A DNA stretch of 64,000 bases from Fonticula-like sp. SCN 57-25. Taxonomy: Eukaryota. The stretch lies in the NCBI GenBank assembly GCA_001724245.1, contig MEDX01000011.1:1-64000 (forward strand), written 5' to 3'. How positions within the stretch are numbered: the stretch's first letter is position 1; each line of letters opens with the position of its first letter. The notes under the pieces were generated by a model. The model saw only the letters and a list, made by a program, of their open reading frames with translations, was not told where the DNA came from and made no database searches. The position numbers and the translations under genes were made by a program. This document shows, in pieces, positions 12,901 through 24,990 of the stretch.

Positions 12901-15900
12901 TCAGCTGGAGGCAGTGAACCGTCCGGCCAACGACAACATGCACGCGGAACTCGCCGGGAACGGCAGTCTACAGCTTCAAGTTAGCATCAAAAGAAGGCAA
13001 AAAACCACAGATTCGCACCTCTGCGAGCTGCAGGACTGTCCAGGGCGACTCGTACAGCGTCTTTGCCTGCTGGTGGAGGAAGCGCTCCATCCCCGCGCTG
13101 TCGAGCCCGCGCGGTACCTCGCCGAGGTCGCGTCTGCGCTTGATCTTTGCGCGGATCTGCCGCCACTTTGCCTTGCTAAACTGCATCCATGCCTCATAGT
13201 CCTCATGGATATCGGGCGGCGTGCCGGCCACGACGACCGCCTGCGCCTCCTCTTCTTCCACTGCGGCGGCGGGCGGCGGCGACACGTCAACGTCCATGGT
13301 GTCGCTGTCGATGGGCTCGACGCCGCTGTCGTCGGCCGCGTTGCCCTCCTCGGCGGGCACGAGTCTGCGCCGCTTGGTGACCTGCGGGCGCGGGTAGCGC
13401 GGGCGGGTGCCCGGCGACGCAAACATGTCCTCGACGTCGCCGCTCGCCGCCGTCCCCTGCGTCAGCGCGCCGCCCATCATCTCGGAGAGGCGCGCCTGCC
13501 GCGTCTTGTCCTCGCGCGAGTTGACGCGGCGCATCAGCCAGTCGGGGTGGCGCACGCGCGGAACGGGGTTGGACACCTTTTGCATCGCGGCGGGAATCGT
13601 GATGAGCTTTTGCACGGTCGAAGAGTAGCGCTCAATGTAGTACGACCAGTCGAGGATCGTGCGGATGTCAAAGTCCGACAGGCTCGGGTCCTTGAGCCTA
13701 ATAAAAAGTGGTGAGCGCTGATAGGCGGGGTGGCATAAAGAGAGCGCACCATTTGCGCAAAAAGTGCTTCTTGACGGCCTCCTCGGCAGAAAAGATAGCG
13801 ACGGGAATGGCGCGCTCCGTGACGGGCGTCCCCAGCGGTTTCTGCACATCAACACATCAGTACTTCAAATATAAACGTCAACGCCAAGCGCACCTCGCTG
13901 ATGATGAACTGGCAGGTCAGGCCCTTGTCCTTGACCATCTGGTCACCCAGGAACTCTGCCAGGCGGCGCGCAGTACTGATGGAAGTTGATTTTTGTCCGC
14001 CATACTCTTCCAGCGTGCGCGACATGCTGCGGTTCTCGCACAGAAGGTCAATCACCTCGTGGTCCTCCATGTCGATTGCTGCGAGGCCGTGTGTTAGCAA
14101 GCGACTACCAATGGCCTACCGCTGCGTACCTTTGCTGTAGAGCGTGTCGAGCCACTGGTCAGCAATGCCGCCGACGGCGCGGTAGCACTCTTCGAGGCTG
14201 GAGCCGTCCAAAAAGTGCTCGAAAATCTGCGACTGGAAAATCTTGATGAGCTTGAGCTCGCCGCGGCGCTTCACCTCAAAGCCCTTTAGCTCGGCCAGCG
14301 AGCCGTCGGGGTGGAACACGGCATAGCGCTTCTTGAGCAGCTTGTCCTCTTCCTTTGCCGCAGGAAGAATCATGGCGCGGTAGGGGCCGTCGACCTCAAA
14401 GAAAATAGAGTTTTCGCTCCGCTATAAAGGAGATATGGTCAGCAATGTGCGGAATAGAGGAAAAAAGTCATACCTGCTGGTACTCGAGCGTCGTCTTGTC
14501 CACGAGGTCCTGGTACTGGTGGTTGGTGAACTTGTCGTGCACAAGGTGGTTCAGCATCGCGCCGGGGAAAGAGAGTCCGAATCTGCCACTCATGCTTAGC
14601 ATCTTTTAATCTGTTGATCACGTGCGTACTTTCCGCCGTTGGCAGTTTTGAATGTGTAGTTTTCAGGGAAGCTGCCCGGAAGAATGCACCAAATACCGTC
14701 CGTGTCAAGCTCAAGCGGGCGACCTACGCGACAATATAAGCAAAACACACAAAATTATACATGCATACCGATACGCTCGACGAGCTGGCGAGCCATTGTA
14801 ATAATCGAGGCACCGGTGGCGCACACTGCACTCGAATTAGTATCCAAAATATTCTTACGCGACAGCGCACCAATTCCCGCCATCTCCATAGAGTACCAGC
14901 GCGCGCCGCGACGCATCACGTATCCGTAGAAAGAGTTGAGAATACACTTGTGGGCCAGCTGCAGCGAGTCGTAAAGAATAATCATCTTTTTGGCCTCTTC
15001 AATCTTGACCGGGTTGTTTTCCTTGACGGCGTCGTCAAAGTTTTTCTTCCACTGCTTGTGCAGATTCTTGTAGTCATAGCGGCTGCAGGCAGTTTAGCGA
15101 TCCAAAAAAGATATCAAAAGAGACGCACCGATCGCGGAAATCTCTCACTGTGTTGATATAGAACGGATTCTCGCGCTGGCAAATGACCGACTCGCGCTCC
15201 TGCACCTTTGTCTGCTTTGCCTTTCTGTACACCTTGCGCGAGTAGTCGCCCAGGCGCTTGTGCAGCAGCGTGGTCTGCTCGACGTGCGGCAGCTCATTAA
15301 ACCGCTTCGTCTGTCCAGGGAACTTGCCAGGGAAAGCTAAGAAAACACGTGTCAGTCAAGTTCTTATACTCTGAACCAGCAGAAAAGTACGCACATTCAG
15401 ACTCGAGCTGGTTGCGAATCATTGTAAACTCGCTCGTCGTGGCGGGAAAGAATTCGCCGCGCCACGACCACTTCATGCGGCGCTGGCACGTGGCCTCGGG
15501 CACGTTAAAGTCGCAAGCGGCGCACATGGTCTCGTCCACCATGGCGGGCGGCTGCATGCGGTTGGTCAAAATGATGTTGGGGTACATGGCGGCAACGTCC
15601 AAGTGGTAGATGAGCGGCTCCTGAAGGCGCGTCGGGTTGTCGCGCAGCTCAGTCAGCTTGGCGACAATATTCTCCTTGATCTACGCGCAATTGAGTCAGA
15701 GAAACAAACAAAAAAGGAGCCAAAAAGCGACAAACCTCGTCAAAGTTGACGTATGTGGACGCGTCCTGCTTTCCTTCGACCTCAATGGCAAACTTTAGAA
15801 TCTCGTCCGCGTGGTCAATCAGCTAGAAGGTGTGTCAGCAACGCGACCATGAACAGCCGCCGCGCACCTGCTGGAACGCCGAGGCGTCGAGGCGGAAGCG

Positions 15901-18006
15901 CGACATGAGGTCGCTGCGGAAGACGCCCGACTCGATGGCCTCCACGTGGCCTCCGACGTACGTCTCGGACTCGAGCAGGTGGCCCTCAAACATCTTTCCG
16001 GACGCGTCGACCTGCTTGTTGGGCATGATGACATTGACCTTGTACGCTTCGACCTGCAGCATGCGCGTCAGCAAAAGAGCAATTTAAAGTAAGTGCGTAC
16101 CATGAGGAGCGTCTCGCAGAGTGTGCCCGAGCCCTTGCGCAGCACGTCGTCCGGGTGGAGCGGAATGATATTGCAGAGCGAAAAGATGAACGGGTGCACG
16201 TACTTCATGTAGAGGTAGTAGGTGGCGACGGCGTCGGAAACCGAGTAGGACGCGAGCACCTGCGGGCAGCTCATCGCGAACCTGGTCACGCATTAATATT
16301 ATCCTGCAACATTCACGGTAGCGTACGGCGTCATGTTCTCGGGGTCGAGCTCGAGCGGGTTGTAGCCCAGCTTGGCCGTCGTGACGGCCTTGAGGCCGTG
16401 ACTGCCCGCCGGCAGGTAACTGTCACGCTTTACCCAGCGGAACGTGTCCATGTGCGACGCGTGGCGCGCCTGGTACTCGCCCGCGTCGTCCCTCTTAAAA
16501 CCGGTTTCCTATGCGCGCGCGTCAGCATCAAAGGGGCATTCAGACGGGTCGCACCTGGAAAAGGTCAAAGCCGTGCGCCTCGGCGCGCGCCTGCACGAAC
16601 GGCCAATCGAAAGAGTCGCCGTTGAATGTCGCAATGACCGACGGCTTCACCTCTTGGATGTGCGTAAAGAAGCGGCTGAGAAGCGCCTTTTCGTTCGCCT
16701 CGTTAAAGATGATGAACGGGCCCTGGTACTCGGGCTTGGGCGTGTACTCAAAGTTTTCAATGTCCTCGGAGACGACCTCGCGGTTCGTGATGAGGTAACC
16801 CTGCGCGTCAATCATGTACGAAATCATCATGATGGCGTCCGTGCGCGCGTCGGGGAACTTTAGCGGCTGCTTTGTACACTCGATGTCAAAAGCTGCCGAG
16901 GGTGAGCGGAGTGGAGAAGGCGGAAATGGGCGTACCGAGGACGACGGGTTCCGCACGCTGGACGAGGTCCTCGCGGCGCTCGGTGGTGATCTTGCCGGCC
17001 TTGGCGCGCACATTGTACCAATGACCGACACGCAGATCTACACAGGGATGAGAAAGAGAAAAAATGACAACATACGAACCCTTGTCGATGGTGACGCGCA
17101 GGTAGTACGGGATGTCATACTCGCGGATATCGATGATATAGTCCTGCACGTCGCGGTTGCGAGGGCGAGCAAAGCTGTCCCTAAGGCAACACGGTCAGTC
17201 GCGGTTAGGCAAGCAAAATACACAAAAACGCACTCTTCGTAGACGTTGGCTGCGTCCGCCTTGAGCTCCTGGTTGCGCCGGACCATCGGCATAATGAGCT
17301 TGCGGACGCGCATGAGGTCGCCCACATTGCGGAACACGAGCTGCAAGTACGTCCGCTGAAGGCCGACCAAGTGGTTCGGCTGGCCAAGATCGTCCTTTTG
17401 CACGCGGTTCACCTGCAGAATGAGCTGCTCAAATTTGCGGCGAAGGAACTGCTCGACCTCGGTCTCGGCACGGTCCTTGACACGGATGAAAAAGTACGGC
17501 TCGACGGCAATCGTCGCCTTGAAATGGCCGCCGTCCTGCTGGAGAAAGTAAAAGTCAACGGCAGAGCGTCCAGTTGGCCATTCGGAATCCCTCAAAAGAG
17601 TCTTTAGGTCGAATGTTAGTCAAGGGAGCCAGCAGGCAAGGATCACGCACAGGCTGCATCGTGAGGAGCCAACCGAGCCGATCGGGCCCGTCCTCGAAGC
17701 GCTCATACCCAAACTTGAGGTCGACTGCGTCATTCTTCTCCACCTCCTCGAAGCGAGCGGCCTGGTCAGCGTCCTCTACAAGGCTGCTCCCACCTTTCGC
17801 GTCAATCACTCGAGCACGCGTCAAACACGCGAATCGCACCCTTCATTGGCCCCCGAGCTGCCTCCCTCAAATGACCCCGACCGCGGTCCCTCATAGACCG
17901 CCGTAAAGCGCGTTCGGCTACCACCGGGTTTTGACGACCGACCCTGGCCGAACACGGCGGCGCCACCGCCGCCTCGCGAGCTTGTCCGTCGCCCGACGCC
18001 TTGCAT
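9955..18006 (-). CDS. POLE: DNA polymerase epsilon catalytic subunit
   Basis: Exo [16 protein letters not shown]; polymerase motifs [24 protein letters not shown] and ELDTDGIWC; CysX CAACDF; C-terminal CysA/CysB (CTYC..CPLC, CVRC..CVC); more than 20 exons. Confidence 0.97.
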
Positions 18007-18110
18007 CGTCAAAGGACCTTTCGCGCTCAAATCGATTCGCGCCAAAACTTTAGCCAATCAGCGACATCCCGTTCTTGAGGGGCAGCGCATTGCGAGCGGA
18101 ACCCGCCAAC

Positions 18111-18633
18111 ATGCGTCCCACGAACGTTGCGCTGGCGCTGGTGTCCCTCGCCTGCGTGCTCTTCTTTGCAAGCGCGCTCTTTTCTGGGAGCAGCGACGCT
18201 TCGGCTTCGTTGCCGGCCAACGCCGTTGTGTACAATAGCCGTCTCGGCAACGCCACCGTTCGCGCGGAACTCGGGCGATCGACATGGACGCTACTCCACA
18301 CGATGGCTGCCCGGTACCCGGAGGATCCCCTAGAAGAGCAGCAGCAAGATGCGACCACATTTATCACACTTCTTTCGCGCCTCTACGCCTGTGGGCAGTG
18401 CGCAGAGGAGTTTCAAAAGATTCTCGCGGTGCATCCTCCCCGGGTACGCGATGGCTGACGTGACCATCGACGACTAACCTGATGCCTTGATGTCGCAGTT
18501 GCAATCTCAAGATGAGTTTATTCAATGGGCGTGCGAGGTACACAACATTGTTAACAAGCGGCTGGAGAAGCCGATCTTTGATTGCTCGACCGTACGAGAC
18601 CGGTGGACATGCGGCTGCGCCTCTGAAGTCTAG
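18111..18633 (+). CDS. ERV2: Erv2-type FAD-linked sulfhydryl oxidase (ER)
   Basis: N-terminal signal/anchor, ELGRSTWTLLHTMAARYP, CGQC, WACEVHNIVNKRLEKPIFDC and C-terminal CGC; one intron at about 18444-18498. Confidence 0.9.
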
Positions 18634-18759
18634 AATAGCGGCGCTTGACAGCATATATGTACAGAGTGTAAAGCTTTCCATTTTTCCTTGGCATAAGGCG
18701 GTTATACATTGATCATTCGTAATACATATAATGATACATCTTGATGGAGATATAGAAGC

Positions 18760-19475
18760 CTAGCTATCGTCTTCCTCATCGTCTCCGAACAGGGCCCAAT
18801 TCACCATGCAGAATGATTTCAGCATGGAAAGGAATTCGTGAGACAGGTCGCCTGTCGTAGTCGCCGCGGTACCCGCGCTGCTGCTCTGAGGATTAACCGA
18901 CACCGGGTGGTTCCAAGAGATCACCAGATCGGTCTGCACGTGAGGGAGACGCACGACCGCCAGCATAATCTGCACTCTATTCTTGACGCCCTCATTGAAC
19001 TTTGCCACGTTTTGGTACCCGCGCAAAAGTTGGCAGGTCGCCCCCTGGGCATTCCTGTCAAAGGGGTTAGTCGACAGCACGGATGCGCCGAAGGCGTACA
19101 GGAACGATGGGGGAAGGGCGCCCGCCTGGTCCACCTCGATCACCGAGTCCTGTGGCGCAACATCGTTGGACTCTGCAATGGCTCCAAAATGGAATCTAGT
19201 TCGTCATATTAGCCGTGCTACCGCAAGGGCGGCACAAACCGCTGACGTACGATGCGGACGCTTCGTCGCCTACCTCGGCCATCTCTAGAAACTCAATCAT
19301 GATGCTGTCATCGTCAACCTTGTTGGCAAACACCTCCTGGTTGTCAGGAACCTCTCGAAATTGACTACTGGTGTTTAGCACAAAGTATAGACATATATAA
19401 GTCATACCTGATGTCGACGAAACCGGTCGGGATTGCGATCTCGCACGCCCCGCCAAATAACTGCCGGGTCTCCAT
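18760..19475 (-). CDS. MOG1: Ran guanine nucleotide release factor Mog1
   Basis: METRQLFGGA...FVDIS|QFREVPDNQEVF...SIMIEFLE...RLPHVQTDLVISWN...NWALFG; 3 exons. Confidence 0.93.
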
Positions 19476-19695
19476 GCTGTGATGCCTCTGGTGACTGCAA
19501 ACTGCAAACCAACTATTGGAGGGCTGTCATCCCACAAGCGCACCGAAAACCTGTCAAAAATACCCAACACCAATCAAAAGGCAATTTTGACATTGGTTCG
19601 GTCGTTTAGTGTCTGCACATCCCGCTGACTGATGTCTGCCAGTCGATGTCTGCCAGTCTGCAAACGAGAATTGGAAGTATGGAGAAAAGGCGCAG

Positions 19696-19733
19696 TATAA
19701 AAGTCCCCTGCAAAGGCGGCCGAAAGGTCACTC
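19696..19733 (+). promoter_or_regulatory. TATA box with Inr-like element upstream of the 19789 ORF
   Basis: TATAAAAG at 19696-19703 and TCACT at 19728-19732, roughly 30 nt apart. A 14-nt tandem duplication GATGTCTGCCAGTC lies at 19631-19658. Confidence 0.45.
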
Positions 19734-19788
19734 GCAATCTGCACTAGCTCCTACTCTACTCGGATCAAGCAAGAAGACATCGTCTGCT

Positions 19789-20097
19789 ATGCGGTGCTGC
19801 CTCGACTATCCTGAATGTGACCACGAAGACGAGAGAAGGAAGAAGAAGTATAACGATGAAGTCGCTGCCAGGATCGCGGAAAGGAGGCGCAGGAACCCCA
19901 ACTACGACGAGGAGCTGATGGCCTACTACGTCCCGGGCGCTCGTGTGTTCCACTATTTGCCCGGCACCTGCAACACCAGGAACACCAGGCCCATCAGCTT
20001 GGCGGAAATCAAGCGGCGCAATCTGCACCCCTGCTCAAACTGCAGGCTCCCGCACGGAGACTGGTACGACATTTACGAAGCCCGGGAAGTCTTTTAA
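19789..20097 (+). CDS. Small basic intronless protein with putative H-C-CxxC zinc module (Ada-like metal-binding type)
   Basis: 102 aa ORF containing VFHYLPGTC...RPISLAEIKRRNLHPCSNC; upstream TATA; AT-rich 3' region. Confidence 0.55.
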   Translation: MRCCLDYPECDHEDERRKKKYNDEVAARIAERRRRNPNYDEELMAYYVPGARVFHYLPGTCNTRNTRPISLAEIKRRNLHPCSNCRLPHGDWYDIYEAREVF

Positions 20098-20297
20098 GTG
20101 TTGCATTCATGGCTGCCCTTTCGTTGCGATTGTATCACCTGTGACAATGTACACGCTTTCAAATGAATACGGGCATTCAAACGTCAATTATATTATATTG
20201 ATATTGTTTGGGATTGATACACGCAAACATGATATATATATGTATATGGGAATAATGAGAGCCAAAATTGGCGATAAACGCAGTTGCAAAAACACGT

Positions 20298-21056
20298 TCA
20301 CTCCATCTTGTCGGGAACCGCCGTAGCCGCCACCTTCTTGGCCTTGCCCATCGCAAACAGCTTGCCCAGAATAAGCCTGCTCCAGTTCAAGTTGAGAGCG
20401 CGCGTAACCGTCACGCAAGCAAACATGAAGCAAAACGCTGACGCCTCCACAGTGCCTGGCATCAGCGCAAGGCCTTCCCTGGCGTGGTACGCCAGCGTGA
20501 GGTAAATGGCGCTGCCGCACACCATGCGGCTGAAGAGGAACGTGAGGGCAAACGTCACGCTGAACCAGTGATACGCGACCGGGCGATTACGGGCAAAGTA
20601 TTTTAGGTTCAAGAAGGGCGTCGAAAGCTCCTCGATCAGGAAGAAGAACATGTAGGGAACGGCAACGTTCAGATAGGTGCCGCCAACCATGGACGACGCA
20701 ACGGTAAAGTGGTGCACGAACGACTGCCAGTCGGCGGTCTCGGGGTACGCAATCATGACAATAAAGTCGTACATAAAGTAGCCAAAGCTGTAGAGGATCA
20801 GGTACGGCATGAGCTCGTCGCCGGTGCCGATGACGCCGAGGAACATGCGCGTCGGATTCCAAAAGTCTGGAGAGTACACGCAATTCCACGCGAGCACGGC
20901 GACTACGCAGTTAATCGCATGGATCGTAGACGCAAAGAGCGACCGCTCGCGAGGCGATCCCGGGAACAACCGAAAGAGCACAAAGTGTGCAAACGAAGAG
21001 GCCGCGACGTAGGCGGCCCACCACTCAAAGCTACGAGTCGAATTCAACGGCTCCAT
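20298..21056 (-). CDS. TLC (TRAM/LAG1/CLN8) domain membrane protein, TLCD4/TMEM56-like
   Basis: Intronless 252 aa ORF; STIHA, SFGYFMYD, FVHH, EELSTPFLN and FLFSR motifs; multiple TM helices. Confidence 0.9.
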   Translation of the reverse strand: MEPLNSTRSFEWWAAYVAASSFAHFVLFRLFPGSPRERSLFASTIHAINCVVAVLAWNCVYSPDFWNPTRMFLGVIGTGDELMPYLILYSFGYFMYDFIVMIAYPETADWQSFVHHFTVASSMVGGTYLNVAVPYMFFFLIEELSTPFLNLKYFARNRPVAYHWFSVTFALTFLFSRMVCGSAIYLTLAYHAREGLALMPGTVEASAFCFMFACVTVTRALNLNWSRLILGKLFAMGKAKKVAATAVPDKME

Positions 21057-21359
21057 CGTCGAATTTGAATCTACCGTTTTCTATTGTGTAGAGAGTGGCT
21101 TGCTTGCTGAAAAGGCTTCTGCGACAGGTGCGCGTGGCTAGACAGACACCAACGACGACGTTGCGAGACTGCTTGCGTCCCTTGACCCCACAGTCGTGGT
21201 CACGTGATGTAAACACTACAAAAGGAAAGCATTGCACCTGATATTGCCTTTTATGGGAATGGTCTCACACTGGTATGGTAAATGATGACTGTGCGTTACA
21301 TGCCGAAGTGACTACAAAATAATGACAAAATATAAAACGATAAGTAAACTGCACTTGCT

Positions 21360-22789
21360 CTAGTCGCCCCCGTCCGAGTCCCCGAGGTCTCCCGAGTCGT
21401 TGTCGAGGAACTTGTGACTGAGCACGTCTAATTCGCTTGTGAGGGTGTCTGGCATCTGGCCACCATTCGACGACACGACCTGCTTTTGTAACCTCCGGTT
21501 GGCCTCCTGGAGGTACCGGATGTAGTCTGCTGATTTGCGAAGAATGATTCCCTTGTTTGGCTTTGACGACGGGTTGACCTCATCGACGCAGTCGGGCACG
21601 AGCAGCGACAGCTCCGTGATGCGGTCATTGATATTGTCTCTCCGCCGGCGCTCGACTGAGGGAACAGGTAGGGTAAGAAAAAAGGGATGGCCTGCGACAG
21701 GAAAGCGTACCAGCATTATGGCTCTCGCGGCGGCGGCGGCGCTTTTCGGCGGCCCACGCGTCGGGACTAGCGCGCAAGTCAGGGACCCCTGAGGAATGCA
21801 ATGCGAGCGCGTACTCTGGGGACTTGTGCTCTTCCTTAAAGGTCGTCGGCACGGACGAGCTAAAGTGGAATTGGTAGTTGCCGGACGGCGCCACAAAGTT
21901 GGGAACGGTGCCCGAGCCGACGGACGCCGACCCGACCCAGTCGGCCGGCACCACACCGGGGGCGGACACGGGGATCGGGACGGCGCCATGGCCAGACTGA
22001 GGCCGGCCCTGCACAGCCATCGGCGCTGAGGACACATGCAGGTAAGCAACTGCGATAGGGAAACGGCCAAAATACGCACCAACCATGCCGTAGTTTCCAT
22101 ACGCAGGGGCCGAGGCGTGCCCGTCCATCTGCTGCTGTTGCTGCTGCTGGTGCTGCTGATGGTGCTGCTGCAGCAATTGTTGCTGCTGAAATTGCTGTTG
22201 TTGCTGCTGCTGCACTTGCTGCTGCTGTACCGGCTCGAGGTCCAAAAAGGTCAGAGGATCCTGCGCCTATGAAAAGGGTTAGAAAACCGACCGGTCAGCG
22301 CGAGGGTCGCACCAGTCCTGGCGAGTAGGTCATGTCAACTGATGGGCTTGGCGACATCGCAATGTCCATGTTCTCATTCAAAGGGTTGTGCGCGTCCAAA
22401 AACTCTGCGCTAATATTTCCTTGCACCTGCATCATGAAGGGGTCCGAGATTGACCGCTCGTCGAGGAGTCCACCAAGGCTGTCGCTCTCCTGCTTGATTA
22501 GCGGAGACGTCTGCGGCTGCTGCTGAGGCTGCTGGGGTTGCAAGTGCTGCTCGGCGTTCGCGCTAGACGCGTCCGCCGCAGCGCCGCCTGTCGTCTGCTG
22601 CAGATGGTAATTCGTGGGGAACAGAAGGCGGGCAGGCTGCTGCTGCTGGTACTTGGCCTCGAGCGTACTCCTGACCTCGGGCTCAAGCGGAACATCGCTC
22701 ATCGTCTTCATGTTTCGTAACCGCTCCCGCTCCTCCTCCTCGTTCATTTGTTGGCGTTGAAGCCATTGTCGCTGCTGGTAGCGGTACAT
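21360..22789 (-). CDS. MiT/TFE-family bHLH-zipper transcription factor (TFEB/MITF-like)
   Basis: Spliced bHLH RRRESHNA|VERRRRDNINDRITELSLLVP...NKGIILRKSADYIRYLQ; polyQ tracts; N-terminal PTNYHLQQ. Confidence 0.88.
22128..22228 (-). repeat. CAG/CAA trinucleotide repeat encoding polyQ in the bHLH gene
   Basis: Imperfect (CTG/TTG)n on the + strand translating to QQQQVQQQQQQQFQQQQLLQQHHQQHQQQQQQQ. Confidence 0.85.
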
Positions 22790-23096
22790 GGCGGGCGTCT
22801 AGCGGCCGGCTGGAGAAGACGGCGCGGGTCGATGCCGGAAACAAGACACACCGGCAAACAAAAGGGGATGAAAGGGACAAGGTCGTGAATCCGAAAGAGG
22901 ATAGTCCAAAGACCAAAGAAGTCTAAAGCGCCGGTGCACGCAAATTTAAAACAGAGCCTCGTAAAAGTGTAGCTGCTCAGAGGAAGACTGTGCGGCCAGG
23001 AGACCAGCTCGCGATCCTCGCCTCTATCGACGTGTATCAAATCAAAAGAGAAGCCACAACATTGCCACAACCCTGTAGGTTTCACACGTTATCAAG

Positions 23097-23693
23097 ATGG
23101 CGGTGACGGTCGGGGAGGGCGCCGTCGTGTGCCAGGCGGCCGAGCTGATCGGGTCCGTCACAATAGGGAGCGGCGCAGTGCTGCACCCGAAATGTAGAAT
23201 TGATGGCAGCAAAGCGCCGGTCACGATCGGGGCCGGCACGATCATTGAGGAGAATGTACAGATCGTCGCGGGAGGAGAGGCGCTCGTGATCGGCGACAAC
23301 TGCCTCATCGCCGTCGCAACGGGTCCGCCGCTGCTTTCCCTTTTTTGCTCACTAACACGGAGGATGTAACAGTTATGAATGATGCGTCCGCTGGAGCTGG
23401 CAACCGCATCGGCCCTCTCGGTACGCCACTTCTACCGCCCCATCCACCACTAACACGCCCCAACAGCGCAGATTACCGAAGGAACGCGCCTGGGCGACTA
23501 TAACTTTGTCGGCGCGCGCTGCACGGTCGGGCCTGCATCGAATGGGTGCAACGACACAGAGTTTTCCGCTCTGGGCGTTTGTGCGCGCGCGGAAGGGAGG
23601 GGAGACGTTGACGATTTGCATCAAAAGCTGCTCGCCGTTCAGAGCAAGTCTCTCCAGCGTCACCATACGCTGCGGCCCGCCGGCTCATCCTAA
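23097..23693 (+). CDS. DCTN6: Dynactin subunit 6 (p27)
   Basis: Left-handed beta-helix hexapeptides AVVCQAAELIGSVTIGSGAVLHPKCRI...GTIIEEN and C-terminal LQRHHTL; 3 exons. Confidence 0.85.
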
Positions 23694-23877
23694 AACATTT
23701 CCCTCATTTGCGCACACGCGCTCCCTCTTGTACTTTTCAGTAATGTATTCAACTATGCTTCATGTTATATTTGTTTTTCAATTATAAAGCCGGTTTGTCA
23801 CACGCAAGGGGGTCAGTAACTGCATAATGAGTGGCAAAACAAGCGAGGGAAAGAATGATAAGCGACAGTCACGGAAA

Positions 23878-24990
23878 TTACTGCATCTTGAGCATGATGT
23901 TCTGGCCACTTTCGCCGCTGGGCGGGAGATACGTAACGTTGCGCGACGACGAGAGCGTCTGGGCGATCTCCTTGGCGGCCTCGATACGGCGGAGCTCAAT
24001 GAGACCCATGCCCGACTTCTGGAGCGACTCTGAGATGAGCTTGGCGGCAGCCGACTCACCCTCAGCGCGGATGACGGCGGCCTGCTTCTCCTGCTCGGCC
24101 TTCTCCACTACGAAGCGCTGGCGCTCGGCCTCCTGCTGGGCTGCACGACGCAAACGCCACGTCAGCCACGCCAAAAGAAAAATAGAGTAGCAGTCACGCA
24201 CCAACCTGCTTGGCCTCGACGGCCTGTGTAAACTCGCGACCGAACGAAAGGTCAACCTATTCAAAATGGGTTAGCAAAACAGGCGCGGGCATCGATGGCG
24301 GCAACGCACAATCGAAATGTCGTCGAGGACAAGGTGGAAGTGCTCAGCACGCTTGGTCAGCTCCTCGCGAACGCGGCTGGAGACCTGTTCACATCCGTTA
24401 GCACAGAAAACGAGTAATAGCGAGGCAGTGGAGCAGGGCGCGCGACGTACGTGCTCACGCATGGTGATAAGCTCCGAGGCATCGAAGCCGGCGACGACGG
24501 CCTTGAGGACCTCGTTACCGATGGACGGCAGCACGCGGTCGTCGTAGTCGACACCGTACTTTGAGTAAATGTCGGCAAGGTGGCTCTCCACGGGGCGGTG
24601 GAGCACACGAAGAGTAATGCGAATGGTCTGCATATCTACACGTTCGAGGCGGGTGGTGAGCAAAAGGAGGGGCGCGGCGGCAATAATACGGACCTTTCGT
24701 GCCGGTCGAGGTCTCAATGCGGCGCGGCCGTACACGCACGTCAAACATAATGGGACGCTGGAGGAACGGCACGCGGAACTTGGTGCCCTCGCCGATCACG
24801 GCGGGCATGACTCCGCGAACCTGATCGAAAATGATGGCGCGGTGGCCGGCATCGACTATTCGACGAAAAGGAAAAAAAATGTTAAGAAATAAATCACGGA
24901 CTGTGTCCTCGTACCGTTGTACATAGACGTCTGAAGCACAGCACCGGTAATACCAAGCCCGAGGGCAACACGCGCAAGACCGCTGGCCAT
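23878..24990 (-). CDS. PHB1: Prohibitin 1
   Basis: [50 protein letters not shown] and IELRRIEAA. Confidence 0.95.
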
